Shown piece by piece: positions 28,860-36,759 of a stretch of DNA of 43,531 bases (position 1 is the stretch's first letter; every line of letters begins with the position of its first letter). The DNA is taken from positions 1-43,531 of IMG/VR virus record IMGVR_UViG_3300016474_000106; one strand, 5' to 3'. A program made the position numbers and the translations under genes. Source of the DNA: a virus (taxonomy: Duplodnaviria > Caudoviricetes). The notes beneath the pieces were generated by a model that was not told the origin of the DNA, did not search any database, and saw nothing but the letters and a program-made list of their open reading frames with translations.

Positions 28860-29320
28860 AGAACGACGACGTCTTTAATGGAGAAATTCCACCTGTCAGG
28901 GTCGCGCTTGTCCTTGCGACGAGCAAGACTAGCAGCAACGCTGATCTTGTCAATCTGTGCAATGGTGTCACCCATCTTAGCAGTGCCGAAGTGAGCAGCA
29001 AACGGAGCACATGCTTCCTTCAGAAAGCCCAGGCCGTATTCATTGACGGTGCCATCTTTCTTGAAGGGCGAGAACATCTGCGTGAACTTCATGCCGACAG
29101 CGGCTTGAGATTCTTCAGCAGCGTCCTTGACTTCATTCACAGCTTCCACTTCATAGCTGAACTTGATGTATTCAGAGCCAGCTTGCGAAGCTTCACGGCT
29201 TGCAGTGATAAGCAGATTGTAATGACCAGTGGGCGGAACGCCAACAGGCGGCAGATCATCAATATCATCCATGGATGCGTCCATCAGGGAGTCGAGATCG
29301 GCAAATGCTTTGTTAGACAT
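28856..29320 (-). CDS. Putative single-stranded DNA-binding (OB-fold, DUF669-like) protein
   Basis: 154 aa; acidic N-terminus, PP.G.Y motif, high codon bias, next to Sak4-like ATPase and polymerase. Confidence 0.5.
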   Translation of the reverse strand: MSNKAFADLDSLMDASMDDIDDLPPVGVPPTGHYNLLITASREASQAGSEYIKFSYEVEAVNEVKDAAEESQAAVGMKFTQMFSPFKKDGTVNEYGLGFLKEACAPFAAHFGTAKMGDTIAQIDKISVAASLARRKDKRDPDRWNFSIKDVVVL

Positions 29321-29364
29321 GATATGGTCTTTCAGTTTAGAGAGTTAAGTTGATGTTAGCATAC

Positions 29365-29394
29365 ATTATCCAGTATGCCAGTGGATGTTTTCAA
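29365..29394 (-). promoter_or_regulatory. Possible sigma70 promoter for the SSB candidate
   Basis: Minus strand TTGAAA-18 bp-GATAAT in a 74-bp intergenic gap. Confidence 0.4.
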
Positions 29395-29643
29395 TCAGGC
29401 TTTGAGTTCCAGAACGGCACGATCTTCAAGCTCAAGCAACAATTCAATGTAGTGTTTGGCTTTGCGGAGATCCTCAAGTCCGCCCTTGTCTTTCCAACGA
29501 GTGACGTATTTGATTACGTTACCCTCAAAGAATCCAATGTCATTGGCATGGATGTATTGGACTGGTTGAATTGATTTAGCAGCATAATGTCTGCCACCAA
29601 TCTGTACGTCCAATGCCGAAGTGTTGAGACTAGAGTCTGTCAT
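29395..29643 (-). CDS. DUF3310 family protein (T7 gp1.7-like nucleotide kinase)
   Basis: Q.GG.HY...IQP...GN.IKY..R...KGG.EDL.KA..Y signature. Confidence 0.9.
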   Translation of the reverse strand: MTDSSLNTSALDVQIGGRHYAAKSIQPVQYIHANDIGFFEGNVIKYVTRWKDKGGLEDLRKAKHYIELLLELEDRAVLELKA

Positions 29644-29658
29644 AGTTCTGCTCCATTG

Positions 29659-30474
29659 TCAAGTGGGGTTGAAAATAGCTGTTAGTTCCAGCTCACCAGT
29701 CTTGTTGTCATCCAGTGCAAGAGGTAGTCTTGAGCCAGTGACAATCGTAGGACTGTAGGTAGTAGAGGCATATGCTCTATGTTGCTTATTAGTGATAGCA
29801 CAATGCACTACACTGTCAAAGTATTTTGCACTTGTTAGAGAGAAGTTGCGTGTGCCTGCAACAGGAACAATCTTCTCACGGCCTTCAAGAGATTCCGATT
29901 CCATCTCATGACTGATGCAGCAGATGTTCACATCAAGCACTTGAATAGCAGATAGAATCTGCTCCATCAAACTACCTTGAACTGCGTAATCAGTGAAGGT
30001 TTTCTTGTATTCTTCACCTCCGGGCTTCTGAAGCTCTTTGATGATGCCCTTATTCATTGCACTGTTGGCAAGCTGCGACAGGCTGTCAATTACGAGGATG
30101 TCTTTGGCACCAAGATCAAAGATGTTTACTTCGCTCCATGTTGCGCTGCCATCTTTGAGACACAGTGGACAAGATACTTTTCCGTGGGAGTTGCAGATAC
30201 GCTTGTTACCGCCACGTAGAATATCCCGCACAGTGTCAATAGCGATAGGATAGAGACGATGATCCGGAACAGAGATGACATTGACATTAGCGCGTGCAGA
30301 GATGGGAAGAATGGCAGGATTCAGGAGAGTCTTGATACCATTCTCAAGGTCAAGCCAGTGGAGCTTAAAGCCCGCAGCAGCAAGCTTGCCAACGAGTGCA
30401 GTCTTTCCAGTCTTGGGAGCGCCATAGACAAGAACTTTGGTGCGGCTGTTGGACACGTATTCAGATAGGTTCAT
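29659..30474 (-). CDS. Sak4-like (AAA_24) ATPase/recombinase
   Basis: Walker A YGAPKTGKT, LDLENG, Walker B VIDSLS, ISHE, YFD motifs. Confidence 0.8.
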   Translation of the reverse strand: MNLSEYVSNSRTKVLVYGAPKTGKTALVGKLAAAGFKLHWLDLENGIKTLLNPAILPISARANVNVISVPDHRLYPIAIDTVRDILRGGNKRICNSHGKVSCPLCLKDGSATWSEVNIFDLGAKDILVIDSLSQLANSAMNKGIIKELQKPGGEEYKKTFTDYAVQGSLMEQILSAIQVLDVNICCISHEMESESLEGREKIVPVAGTRNFSLTSAKYFDSVVHCAITNKQHRAYASTTYSPTIVTGSRLPLALDDNKTGELELTAIFNPT

Positions 30475-30479
30475 GGTGA

Positions 30480-30908
30480 TTATTCCTTGATAATTGTATT
30501 CAAAGCTTCTGTGTTGCCAAGTCCTAGAGCATCAACCAATGCAGCTTTGAGCTGTGCGCGTGCGGAGTCACGCTTAAGTTTGTTGATCTTTGCTTCCATG
30601 TCAGCTGCTTCTTGCAGCTTGCGATCATAGGAAGTGTAGTCAATCCTATGCACAATCCATTTGTATTCAATATCTCCTAGTAAATCTGCTTCAATACCAG
30701 TATCCACAGATACAACTTGCACAACTTTTGGTACGTCTTGCATGTCCGCGTCCGTCATAACTACGACATGATCGCCGACTTTGACTTCTGGAATATCGCA
30801 TAGATATGTATAGCACTTTCCGCTGATATTGCAGCTAGGACTAAAGAATTTAATCTGTATAGTAAAAGCCTTGTCTTGCAGAATGGCGTATGCGTTATTG
30901 AGGTTCAT
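30480..30908 (-). CDS. Hypothetical protein
   Basis: K.YTY...VKVGD.VVV...V.V...YKWIV motif common in phages; AAGGAG RBS. Confidence 0.75.
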   Translation of the reverse strand: MNLNNAYAILQDKAFTIQIKFFSPSCNISGKCYTYLCDIPEVKVGDHVVVMTDADMQDVPKVVQVVSVDTGIEADLLGDIEYKWIVHRIDYTSYDRKLQEAADMEAKINKLKRDSARAQLKAALVDALGLGNTEALNTIIKE

Positions 30909-31923
30909 TGAGTTTCTCCTTTTGGCGGTTGACAATCTCTGTCATTGTGGTTGCAAAGTCTACAGTTTCAATCTTGGAAATGTCAGCAATGCTTGTGATG
31001 CGTGGAAGATCACTGTATTCCATCTTGAAGCGATGCTGGAATGATGTGCTGCACATGTCAAATTGATCGCAGCGGCGCATGAAGTTATAGCAACTACGTC
31101 CGCGCTTTGGAAAGAACTTGAGTTCTGCGTAGTCATCTATCTGGCGATGTAGTAACAGTTGATCCTGCATCCACTCAGCTTTTTGGTGTGCATGTTTGAC
31201 AAAATCAAACTGAGTCCATGCTTGTTCAGTGCTGCTATAGACTGCATACATTACGTCATAGTCTGCACCGCCTAGCATATCAATGACGATTGCATAGCTT
31301 AGTGCTTGGTCACTGTTGGCATAGATGGCAGGATCTACGTTGGCAAAGCCAGTAGTCTTGTTCTCCTTGACGCGATAGCGACCAGTCACTTTGTGACGCA
31401 GGACTTCATCAATATGTCCAGAGTAGAAGTGTCCATCTTCAAAGTCAATGGCGACGGTGGCCTCTACTTTTATGCAATCATAACTAGACAAGTCTGAGTC
31501 ATTGTAGAATTGTTCATACGCATAGAGCGCCCAAATTGCTTCCCAGAAACTCTTGCCGTTTTTGCGTTTCGGTTTACGTTCTTCATCAAAAAGATCAATG
31601 TCCCACGCTTTAATGGCTTCCCAGATTGCAGCGCGAAGATCTTGCGTCTGATCGTAAGTGGCAATACCAGCGCCAACTGCATGGCCGAACGCGAACGTAG
31701 GACTGTTAACTCTTTCCGCAGTGCCAGTGGCTGCTTGCAGTTTCTTAATTGCAAACTTTCGTGGACAGGAATGGAAGATATCAGAAGTAGAATACGTTGT
31801 GAGATTCGCATGACTTGATAGTTTATCGTAGTTTGTTTTTAGTACGGCGCTTGCATTGTTGTTTGTAGTGTTGATTGGAGTATCGAGTATTGCATCGAAT
31901 TGTTCAGAAGTTATCAGGGACAT
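30895..31923 (-). CDS. PD-(D/E)XK exonuclease, Cas4/AddB-like
   Basis: CPRK, G.A.G, GHID...ENKT, Q..SY, C-terminal C......C.....C. Confidence 0.85.
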   Translation of the reverse strand: MSLITSEQFDAILDTPINTTNNNASAVLKTNYDKLSSHANLTTYSTSDIFHSCPRKFAIKKLQAATGTAERVNSPTFAFGHAVGAGIATYDQTQDLRAAIWEAIKAWDIDLFDEERKPKRKNGKSFWEAIWALYAYEQFYNDSDLSSYDCIKVEATVAIDFEDGHFYSGHIDEVLRHKVTGRYRVKENKTTGFANVDPAIYANSDQALSYAIVIDMLGGADYDVMYAVYSSTEQAWTQFDFVKHAHQKAEWMQDQLLLHRQIDDYAELKFFPKRGRSCYNFMRRCDQFDMCSTSFQHRFKMEYSDLPRITSIADISKIETVDFATTMTEIVNRQKEKLNEPQ

Positions 31924-32095
31924 GATCTTCTTTTACATAGGTTGAGTAGAATCCTGCCTGCTCTGCATAGTATGCAGCCATGTGCTTGTTGTAGGATTCT
32001 TGGGATTTGTGATGTTGATATTGCTGTTGTGCAGTCTGAAGCTGTTGCTTTGAGCGCTCAAGTAGAGTTGGAACTTTAAATGGATTTTGTATCAT
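31904..32095 (-). CDS. Hypothetical protein
   Basis: 63 aa, overlaps both neighbours in operon orientation. Confidence 0.6.
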   Translation of the reverse strand: MIQNPFKVPTLLERSKQQLQTAQQQYQHHKSQESYNKHMAAYYAEQAGFYSTYVKEDHVPDNF

Positions 32096-32766
32096 AGATC
32101 GTCTGCCGTAACTTTCTTGCGAGTTGCACCTTTGCCCGCAGCAGCGGCCTTGACTATTTCAGTCTTGGTGTGAATCTCTGCTGCATCAATAATGCGTGCT
32201 ATCTCATTGTCATCAAGCAGGTGCACAGATTCAGGATAGCTGATGAGAATGCTGTGAGTGTTGCGAAGATGCTGAGATAGCATGGGATCTTTCTCTAGTA
32301 GAGAGGTCTCCAAGCTAGCCAATGAGGATTGCAGTCTCATCATCACATCTTTAGGAATCGCATCATTCATTTGCATAAGGTTGCACCTTTCAAGTTTGTT
32401 GCTCACATAGCGAGCGCGGTTGAGAAATCGTAATACATTATTCATGCACTGCATTTGTGCTGATTCTGGCATAGATGCCAGTCGCAAATGAAGCATGTTA
32501 AGATCTAGCTTGTTAAGTCCGTGACTCCATAGACTTGTGGCCAGCCCTAAGATTTTGTTAGCATGCAATGTATCCACATCGTTACCAGTCAGGACTGGCT
32601 TGTACCACTGTAACTTATTTGCCAATCCTAGCGTATGAGATAGACTGAGCGGACTGCGACCAGTAGTTAAATAAAAACAAATGCCCACGCTGTTGTGAAC
32701 TAATAGCGTGCGGGCTGCTAGTTCTACAGTCATGGGCTTAATGAAAAAATTTAGTGTGACTGACAT
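32092..32766 (-). CDS. Hypothetical protein, possibly with an internal start at 32376
   Basis: 224 aa ORF fills the operon; internal GAAAGGTG RBS before an in-frame ATG. Confidence 0.65.
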   Translation of the reverse strand: MSVTLNFFIKPMTVELAARTLLVHNSVGICFYLTTGRSPLSLSHTLGLANKLQWYKPVLTGNDVDTLHANKILGLATSLWSHGLNKLDLNMLHLRLASMPESAQMQCMNNVLRFLNRARYVSNKLERCNLMQMNDAIPKDVMMRLQSSLASLETSLLEKDPMLSQHLRNTHSILISYPESVHLLDDNEIARIIDAAEIHTKTEIVKAAAAGKGATRKKVTADDL

Positions 32767-32770
32767 GCTA

Positions 32771-33190
32771 TTATACTACGTGCGTCCATGCCTTGCCCAG
32801 TTTAATCGCGGCAATTAGGCTTGCAGATACCCCGTACTTCGCGGCCAATTCTCTCTGTGATAGTCCAAATGTAGATTTTATCTCATGCACTTGCTGCTCA
32901 GTAAGTTTAGCTTTGCTATGCGTAGAGCCTCGTCGGGTATTAGTACGCCCTTTAGCAGCCATGTCAGCCATATTTTGTTTATGATCTCCTAATATAAGGT
33001 GATCTGGATTTACACATTTACGGTTATCGCAGACATGCATTACTATTTTCCCCTCTATTGCTGATAGTGGAATGTTGTGCGCTTTGCAGTATGCAATCCT
33101 ATGGTGGCGTACCGCTGAACCTGCAATACTTAGGCGGCCGTAGCCATTGTGTGTTAACGCATACGTAGTTTCAACACAGGATGTTAACAT
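32771..33190 (-). CDS. HNH endonuclease with C-terminal HTH
   Basis: HHRIAY...VMHVCDN.KCVNPDHL.LG...N..DM..KGR; paralogue of 28440-28859. Confidence 0.9.
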   Translation of the reverse strand: MLTSCVETTYALTHNGYGRLSIAGSAVRHHRIAYCKAHNIPLSAIEGKIVMHVCDNRKCVNPDHLILGDHKQNMADMAAKGRTNTRRGSTHSKAKLTEQQVHEIKSTFGLSQRELAAKYGVSASLIAAIKLGKAWTHVV

Positions 33191-33201
33191 TTTGCACCTT
33201 T

Positions 33202-33441
33202 CTACAGATCAGTCCTATATAGCAAGGAGAATGTGATTCTTACATGAGTAGCAGATATGTCTTGCCTTGTGATGACTAGCTTAGACCAGCCAACAAGTCC
33301 TACCCTAGTACGTGCAGTGTTTTCTGCTGTCTTGACACGTTTCACGCCATCTTCAACAGTGCGCGCATGGGCCTTGCTGACAGTGACTGTTGCACTGCCA
33401 ACATGTTTAATGGTATGCCACACACTGTCGTATTGAGACAT
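33202..33441 (-). CDS. Hypothetical protein
   Basis: 79 aa in operon orientation. Confidence 0.7.
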   Translation of the reverse strand: MSQYDSVWHTIKHVGSATVTVSKAHARTVEDGVKRVKTAENTARTRVGLVGWSKLVITRQDISATHVRITFSLLYRTDL

Positions 33442-33569
33442 GATTATGCCATGCGAAAGATCGTTCGCAGCTTTGCACTGTAGAGTGCTATTAGTTCACG
33501 TTGAAATTCTAGTTGCATGATTTTTGTTTCCAATTTCTTTTGTATAAACTCTAGCGTTAAAGTTCAGAC

Positions 33570-33594
33570 AAAAGAAAAGGGGCCACTTGGCCCC
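33570..33594 (-). terminator. Intrinsic terminator
   Basis: Minus strand GGGGCC-aagt-GGCCCC-TTTTCTTTT. Confidence 0.8.
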
Positions 33595-33615
33595 AATTCT
33601 TTCGGCAATCAAAGA

Positions 33616-34254
33616 TTACAGAACAGACAGATCGACTGCCTTCTCCGGCTCCTCTGCCCACTTAGCGAACTTGCCACGGATGCGAGCAGCACAAGCAGCA
33701 GTGTCTTCCAGATTGGCGCTCGATGCCATGTAGATGTCCAGCTGGTCAATCAGAACCAGCAGCACTTCACGGTTGGCCTTAGCCTTGGCAGGCTTCTTGA
33801 ACAGGTTGATGTGGTTCTTGATACGGGCTTCTTCTTTGCCAGTAGCAGCAACCATGACAGCCAGATAGTCCTCGAAGAAAACAGTCCAATCTTCTTCGGT
33901 GAGTGCAGTGGTGCCACGCTGGCTCGGCGGGATGCTTGCAACATAAGACAGCGACAGCTTGTCATAGTCAAGCATGGAAGCATTGACTTCCTTCTCTTGA
34001 TCGTCGCCGAAGGACTCGATGACTTCATCAAACTGTTGACGAGCAGCGCCGTAGATAATGTCAGCAGCAGCAGTGACAATCAGTTCAGCTTCTTTGCCGC
34101 CAGCTTGCAGCAGTTCAACAATTTCGTCAGCAGTCAGGATAGGCAGATCAACTTCAACAGAAGGTTGCTTCTTGGTGCGAGCAATCTCTTTGCCGTTCTC
34201 ATCCTTGATTGCCCTGCTTTTAAAGTTAAAGCGATAGGTCTTAGCAACAGGCAT
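33616..34254 (-). CDS. Hypothetical protein, probably highly expressed (212 aa)
   Basis: AAGGAG RBS before MPVAK; strong codon bias; own promoter and terminator. Confidence 0.85.
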   Translation of the reverse strand: MPVAKTYRFNFKSRAIKDENGKEIARTKKQPSVEVDLPILTADEIVELLQAGGKEAELIVTAAADIIYGAARQQFDEVIESFGDDQEKEVNASMLDYDKLSLSYVASIPPSQRGTTALTEEDWTVFFEDYLAVMVAATGKEEARIKNHINLFKKPAKAKANREVLLVLIDQLDIYMASSANLEDTAACAARIRGKFAKWAEEPEKAVDLSVL

Positions 34255-34330
34255 TTGGAACTCCTTTAGTTTGCAACAGTGTTGCGGGTTGTTAGCAGCG
34301 ATTGGCTGGTGCTGCGTCCCAGTGAGATGA

Positions 34331-34359
34331 ACTATACAGGGTGCATGGGGGCGTGTCAA
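34331..34359 (-). promoter_or_regulatory. Near-consensus sigma70 promoter
   Basis: Minus strand TTGACA-17 bp-TATAGT in an intergenic gap. Confidence 0.8.
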
Positions 34360-34379
34360 CCCCCTGCGACTATTATTGT

Positions 34380-34601
34380 TTAGCTCTTAGCTTGTGGCTT
34401 GTATATTTCGTAGCTTTCTTTGATTATCCCACCTTCTGGTTTGTGCAGATAGATTGTGAATGCTTCCGTATTGTCCTTACAGCATACAGTTATGATTGCA
34501 GTTCCGGTCGGATTGCTGCTACACTCAAGCATGCCACGTACGTAACTAACAAGGTTACTCAGTCCGATGTTATCGGATTCAGTTACAGATATAGAGATCA
34601 T
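34380..34601 (-). CDS. Hypothetical protein
   Basis: 73 aa; GAAAGG RBS. Confidence 0.6.
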   Translation of the reverse strand: MISISVTESDNIGLSNLVSYVRGMLECSSNPTGTAIITVCCKDNTEAFTIYLHKPEGGIIKESYEIYKPQAKS

Positions 34602-34606
34602 GATGT

Positions 34607-34846
34607 TTACCTTTCAGTGATGTTGCGTAAATAACGCTGTTGAGAAATCTTACCAAGTTGCAGCTTGCGTTGCTTGACACAAGTTACACAAGCATAGTGT
34701 GCATGCGGATAGACAGTTGTCTTGACTGCATACAAGTCCTGCATTGCTACATGCTTACCGCAGAAGTCACAAGATTGTGAGCTTTGACTCCACTTGCCAA
34801 CAAGCGGCGGAGCAGTACGAACAGGGTCACTGCGATGAATGCTCAC
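34607..34846 (-). CDS. Small zinc-finger-like protein
   Basis: CDFC...CVTC; GTG start after GGAG. Confidence 0.55.
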   Translation of the reverse strand: MSIHRSDPVRTAPPLVGKWSQSSQSCDFCGKHVAMQDLYAVKTTVYPHAHYACVTCVKQRKLQLGKISQQRYLRNITER

Positions 34847-35274
34847 AAAATACTCCAATCAATGTCAGACTCAAGCTCTTGTTGCTGTTTGATAAGGGCA
34901 AGGAATCCGTACTTCTCTGCACAGATAGGCCCAATGCCAAGTGCTACAGATTCTTTGTTGTCAAGATGCCTGCCACAAACTGCACACTCTCCTGTCTGTC
35001 TGCCATAGCGAATAGCAGCTCCCATTGGATAGTTGGCAATATGTTCTATTGCTTGTTCGTGGACTTCATAAGCTTTGAGTAGTTTGAACTTGCCATGATG
35101 CAGCTTGCCAAGATACTCTCCATCTTCCTTGCGAGTTATGTATACTGCGCCGGGATTGGCACCATGAACAGGAGCCAGCTTGAAGATGAAGCCATCTGCA
35201 CGAAGCATTGGCTTTTTAAATCCAGCGGCAGATGCCTGCAAGAAGATGGTTTCAAGGTGGGTCTTTGTAGTCAT
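34843..35274 (-). CDS. DUF6011-domain protein
   Basis: G.CAVCGR.L....S...GIGPIC signature; GAGGAG RBS. Confidence 0.85.
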   Translation of the reverse strand: MTTKTHLETIFLQASAAGFKKPMLRADGFIFKLAPVHGANPGAVYITRKEDGEYLGKLHHGKFKLLKAYEVHEQAIEHIANYPMGAAIRYGRQTGECAVCGRHLDNKESVALGIGPICAEKYGFLALIKQQQELESDIDWSIL

Positions 35275-35284
35275 GGCGATCTCC

Positions 35285-35635
35285 TCAGGGCTGAAGTTCA
35301 AAGTTAAGAATAGCTACTGCGAAGTCATCAATGGCAGGGCTGCAACGTAGCTCAACGCGGATCAGGAACTCATCAGTCTTGCCATCCCACTCTTGCTCAG
35401 TAGGGATGTTGTTGTAAGCCCAGACTATTTTGTAAGACCTGTCTTTGTAGACAAGCGTTTCAAAGTCAGGCATACAAGCTGCAAGTATTTGGCGCTTGCG
35501 GAGATAGACTGTCTTGCTCCAGCAAATGAGTTGCTTAGCGCCTTCTGTTAGTTCAGATTTAGGCCAGAACTTTACACGATAAGCTAGTTGAGTTTGCTGT
35601 CGATCTGGCGTAGCCAGGAATTTAAATAGTGCCAT
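35285..35635 (-). CDS. Hypothetical protein
   Basis: 116 aa; GGAG RBS. Confidence 0.75.
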   Translation of the reverse strand: MALFKFLATPDRQQTQLAYRVKFWPKSELTEGAKQLICWSKTVYLRKRQILAACMPDFETLVYKDRSYKIVWAYNNIPTEQEWDGKTDEFLIRVELRCSPAIDDFAVAILNFELQP

Positions 35636-35650
35636 GTCAATACTCCAGAA

Positions 35651-36727
35651 TTATTTGTTACGAAGTTCAAAGCGCCTGGCAAGAATACGATGCTGCGCTT
35701 CTGCTTTGAGAAAGAGTGCCATACTTGCAAACTGCTCACGCTTGGGCGCCGGCGGAAGGCTCTCTAGGTTAGAGGCTCTCTTGTCAAAGTCCATAAAAAA
35801 TTCATCTTGCTTTGCTTTCTCTTTCTCAGAGAGATCAAGTCCATTGCCAGCCACATCCTTAGCAGCACCGAGCAGTGTGAAGCTAGAGTAGAAGTCAACT
35901 ATCAGAGAGCGAATATGATTAAGACGTGTTTGAATGAAGTGAGTTATCTCATTGCCACAGTCGCAGCAAGTAAGCACTGCTTCCACCAGATCATCAACAT
36001 CATCTGTTGTCCAATCTTCTGGCTCAAGATCGCCACGCATAAAGAGAGTCTTGAGTGTTTCACGACGGCCAGACGGATAAGCTGCATCTTCCATAAGTTG
36101 AATGTCTATCCAGCGCCACACCTTGTTGAAGTCTATGCGCTTATAGATATGTTCTGCCTTGACAGTCAGGAGTGCTGCTTCGCGGCGCCGTTGTTCTTCA
36201 TCACGCTCTCGCCTAGCATGTCCTGACTCCCAATCTTCACGAATATCCTCAGCAACATCAAGCCATCCTTTGAAGTTATCCCAACAGAGATTGTCATTGT
36301 GCTTGTCTATGTTGTAGAGTGGGAATGCAATGCTAGTAGAGTTGACTTCATCATACCAAGATGATAGTGCAAGCAAGCGGGCTGCACTGCCCACAGCTAC
36401 GCTGTTTGAAGGCAAGCTACTGATGTGTAGTCTGCTATCTTGTGGCGCCTCCCAGATTGCCTTCATGCCATACATGATTGCAGACATGCACAGGCGCATA
36501 TCTTGCAGCTCATGATCTTCTAGTGTCCACTCACTTGCATGGCCAGCTTGAATGTGCTCGTACAATTTGATGTTGAGCTTAGACAGTGGCATGTTGTAGA
36601 TAGGATGCAAGAGTGCAGCTTGAAAGCTGGACAACAGTGGCCACCCCTGCGAACAGATAGCAGTCACGCTCGCTAGTGGAACTCCACTGCGATAGCAGCA
36701 AATGATTTTTGTAGGAAGTTTGCCCAT
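35651..36727 (-). CDS. Hypothetical protein (358 aa)
   Basis: Long ORF with GGAG RBS; N-terminal C..SG motif. Confidence 0.8.
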   Translation of the reverse strand: MGKLPTKIICCYRSGVPLASVTAICSQGWPLLSSFQAALLHPIYNMPLSKLNIKLYEHIQAGHASEWTLEDHELQDMRLCMSAIMYGMKAIWEAPQDSRLHISSLPSNSVAVGSAARLLALSSWYDEVNSTSIAFPLYNIDKHNDNLCWDNFKGWLDVAEDIREDWESGHARRERDEEQRRREAALLTVKAEHIYKRIDFNKVWRWIDIQLMEDAAYPSGRRETLKTLFMRGDLEPEDWTTDDVDDLVEAVLTCCDCGNEITHFIQTRLNHIRSLIVDFYSSFTLLGAAKDVAGNGLDLSEKEKAKQDEFFMDFDKRASNLESLPPAPKREQFASMALFLKAEAQHRILARRFELRNK

Positions 36728-36759
36728 ATCAATATCTCCACTTGGTTAGAAATTAGCAA

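Noticed and set aside
33444-33560. Short minus-strand frame (MQLEFQRELIALYSAKLRTIFRMA) or gene remnant
   Set aside because: Only 24 codons, weak RBS, no recognisable homology
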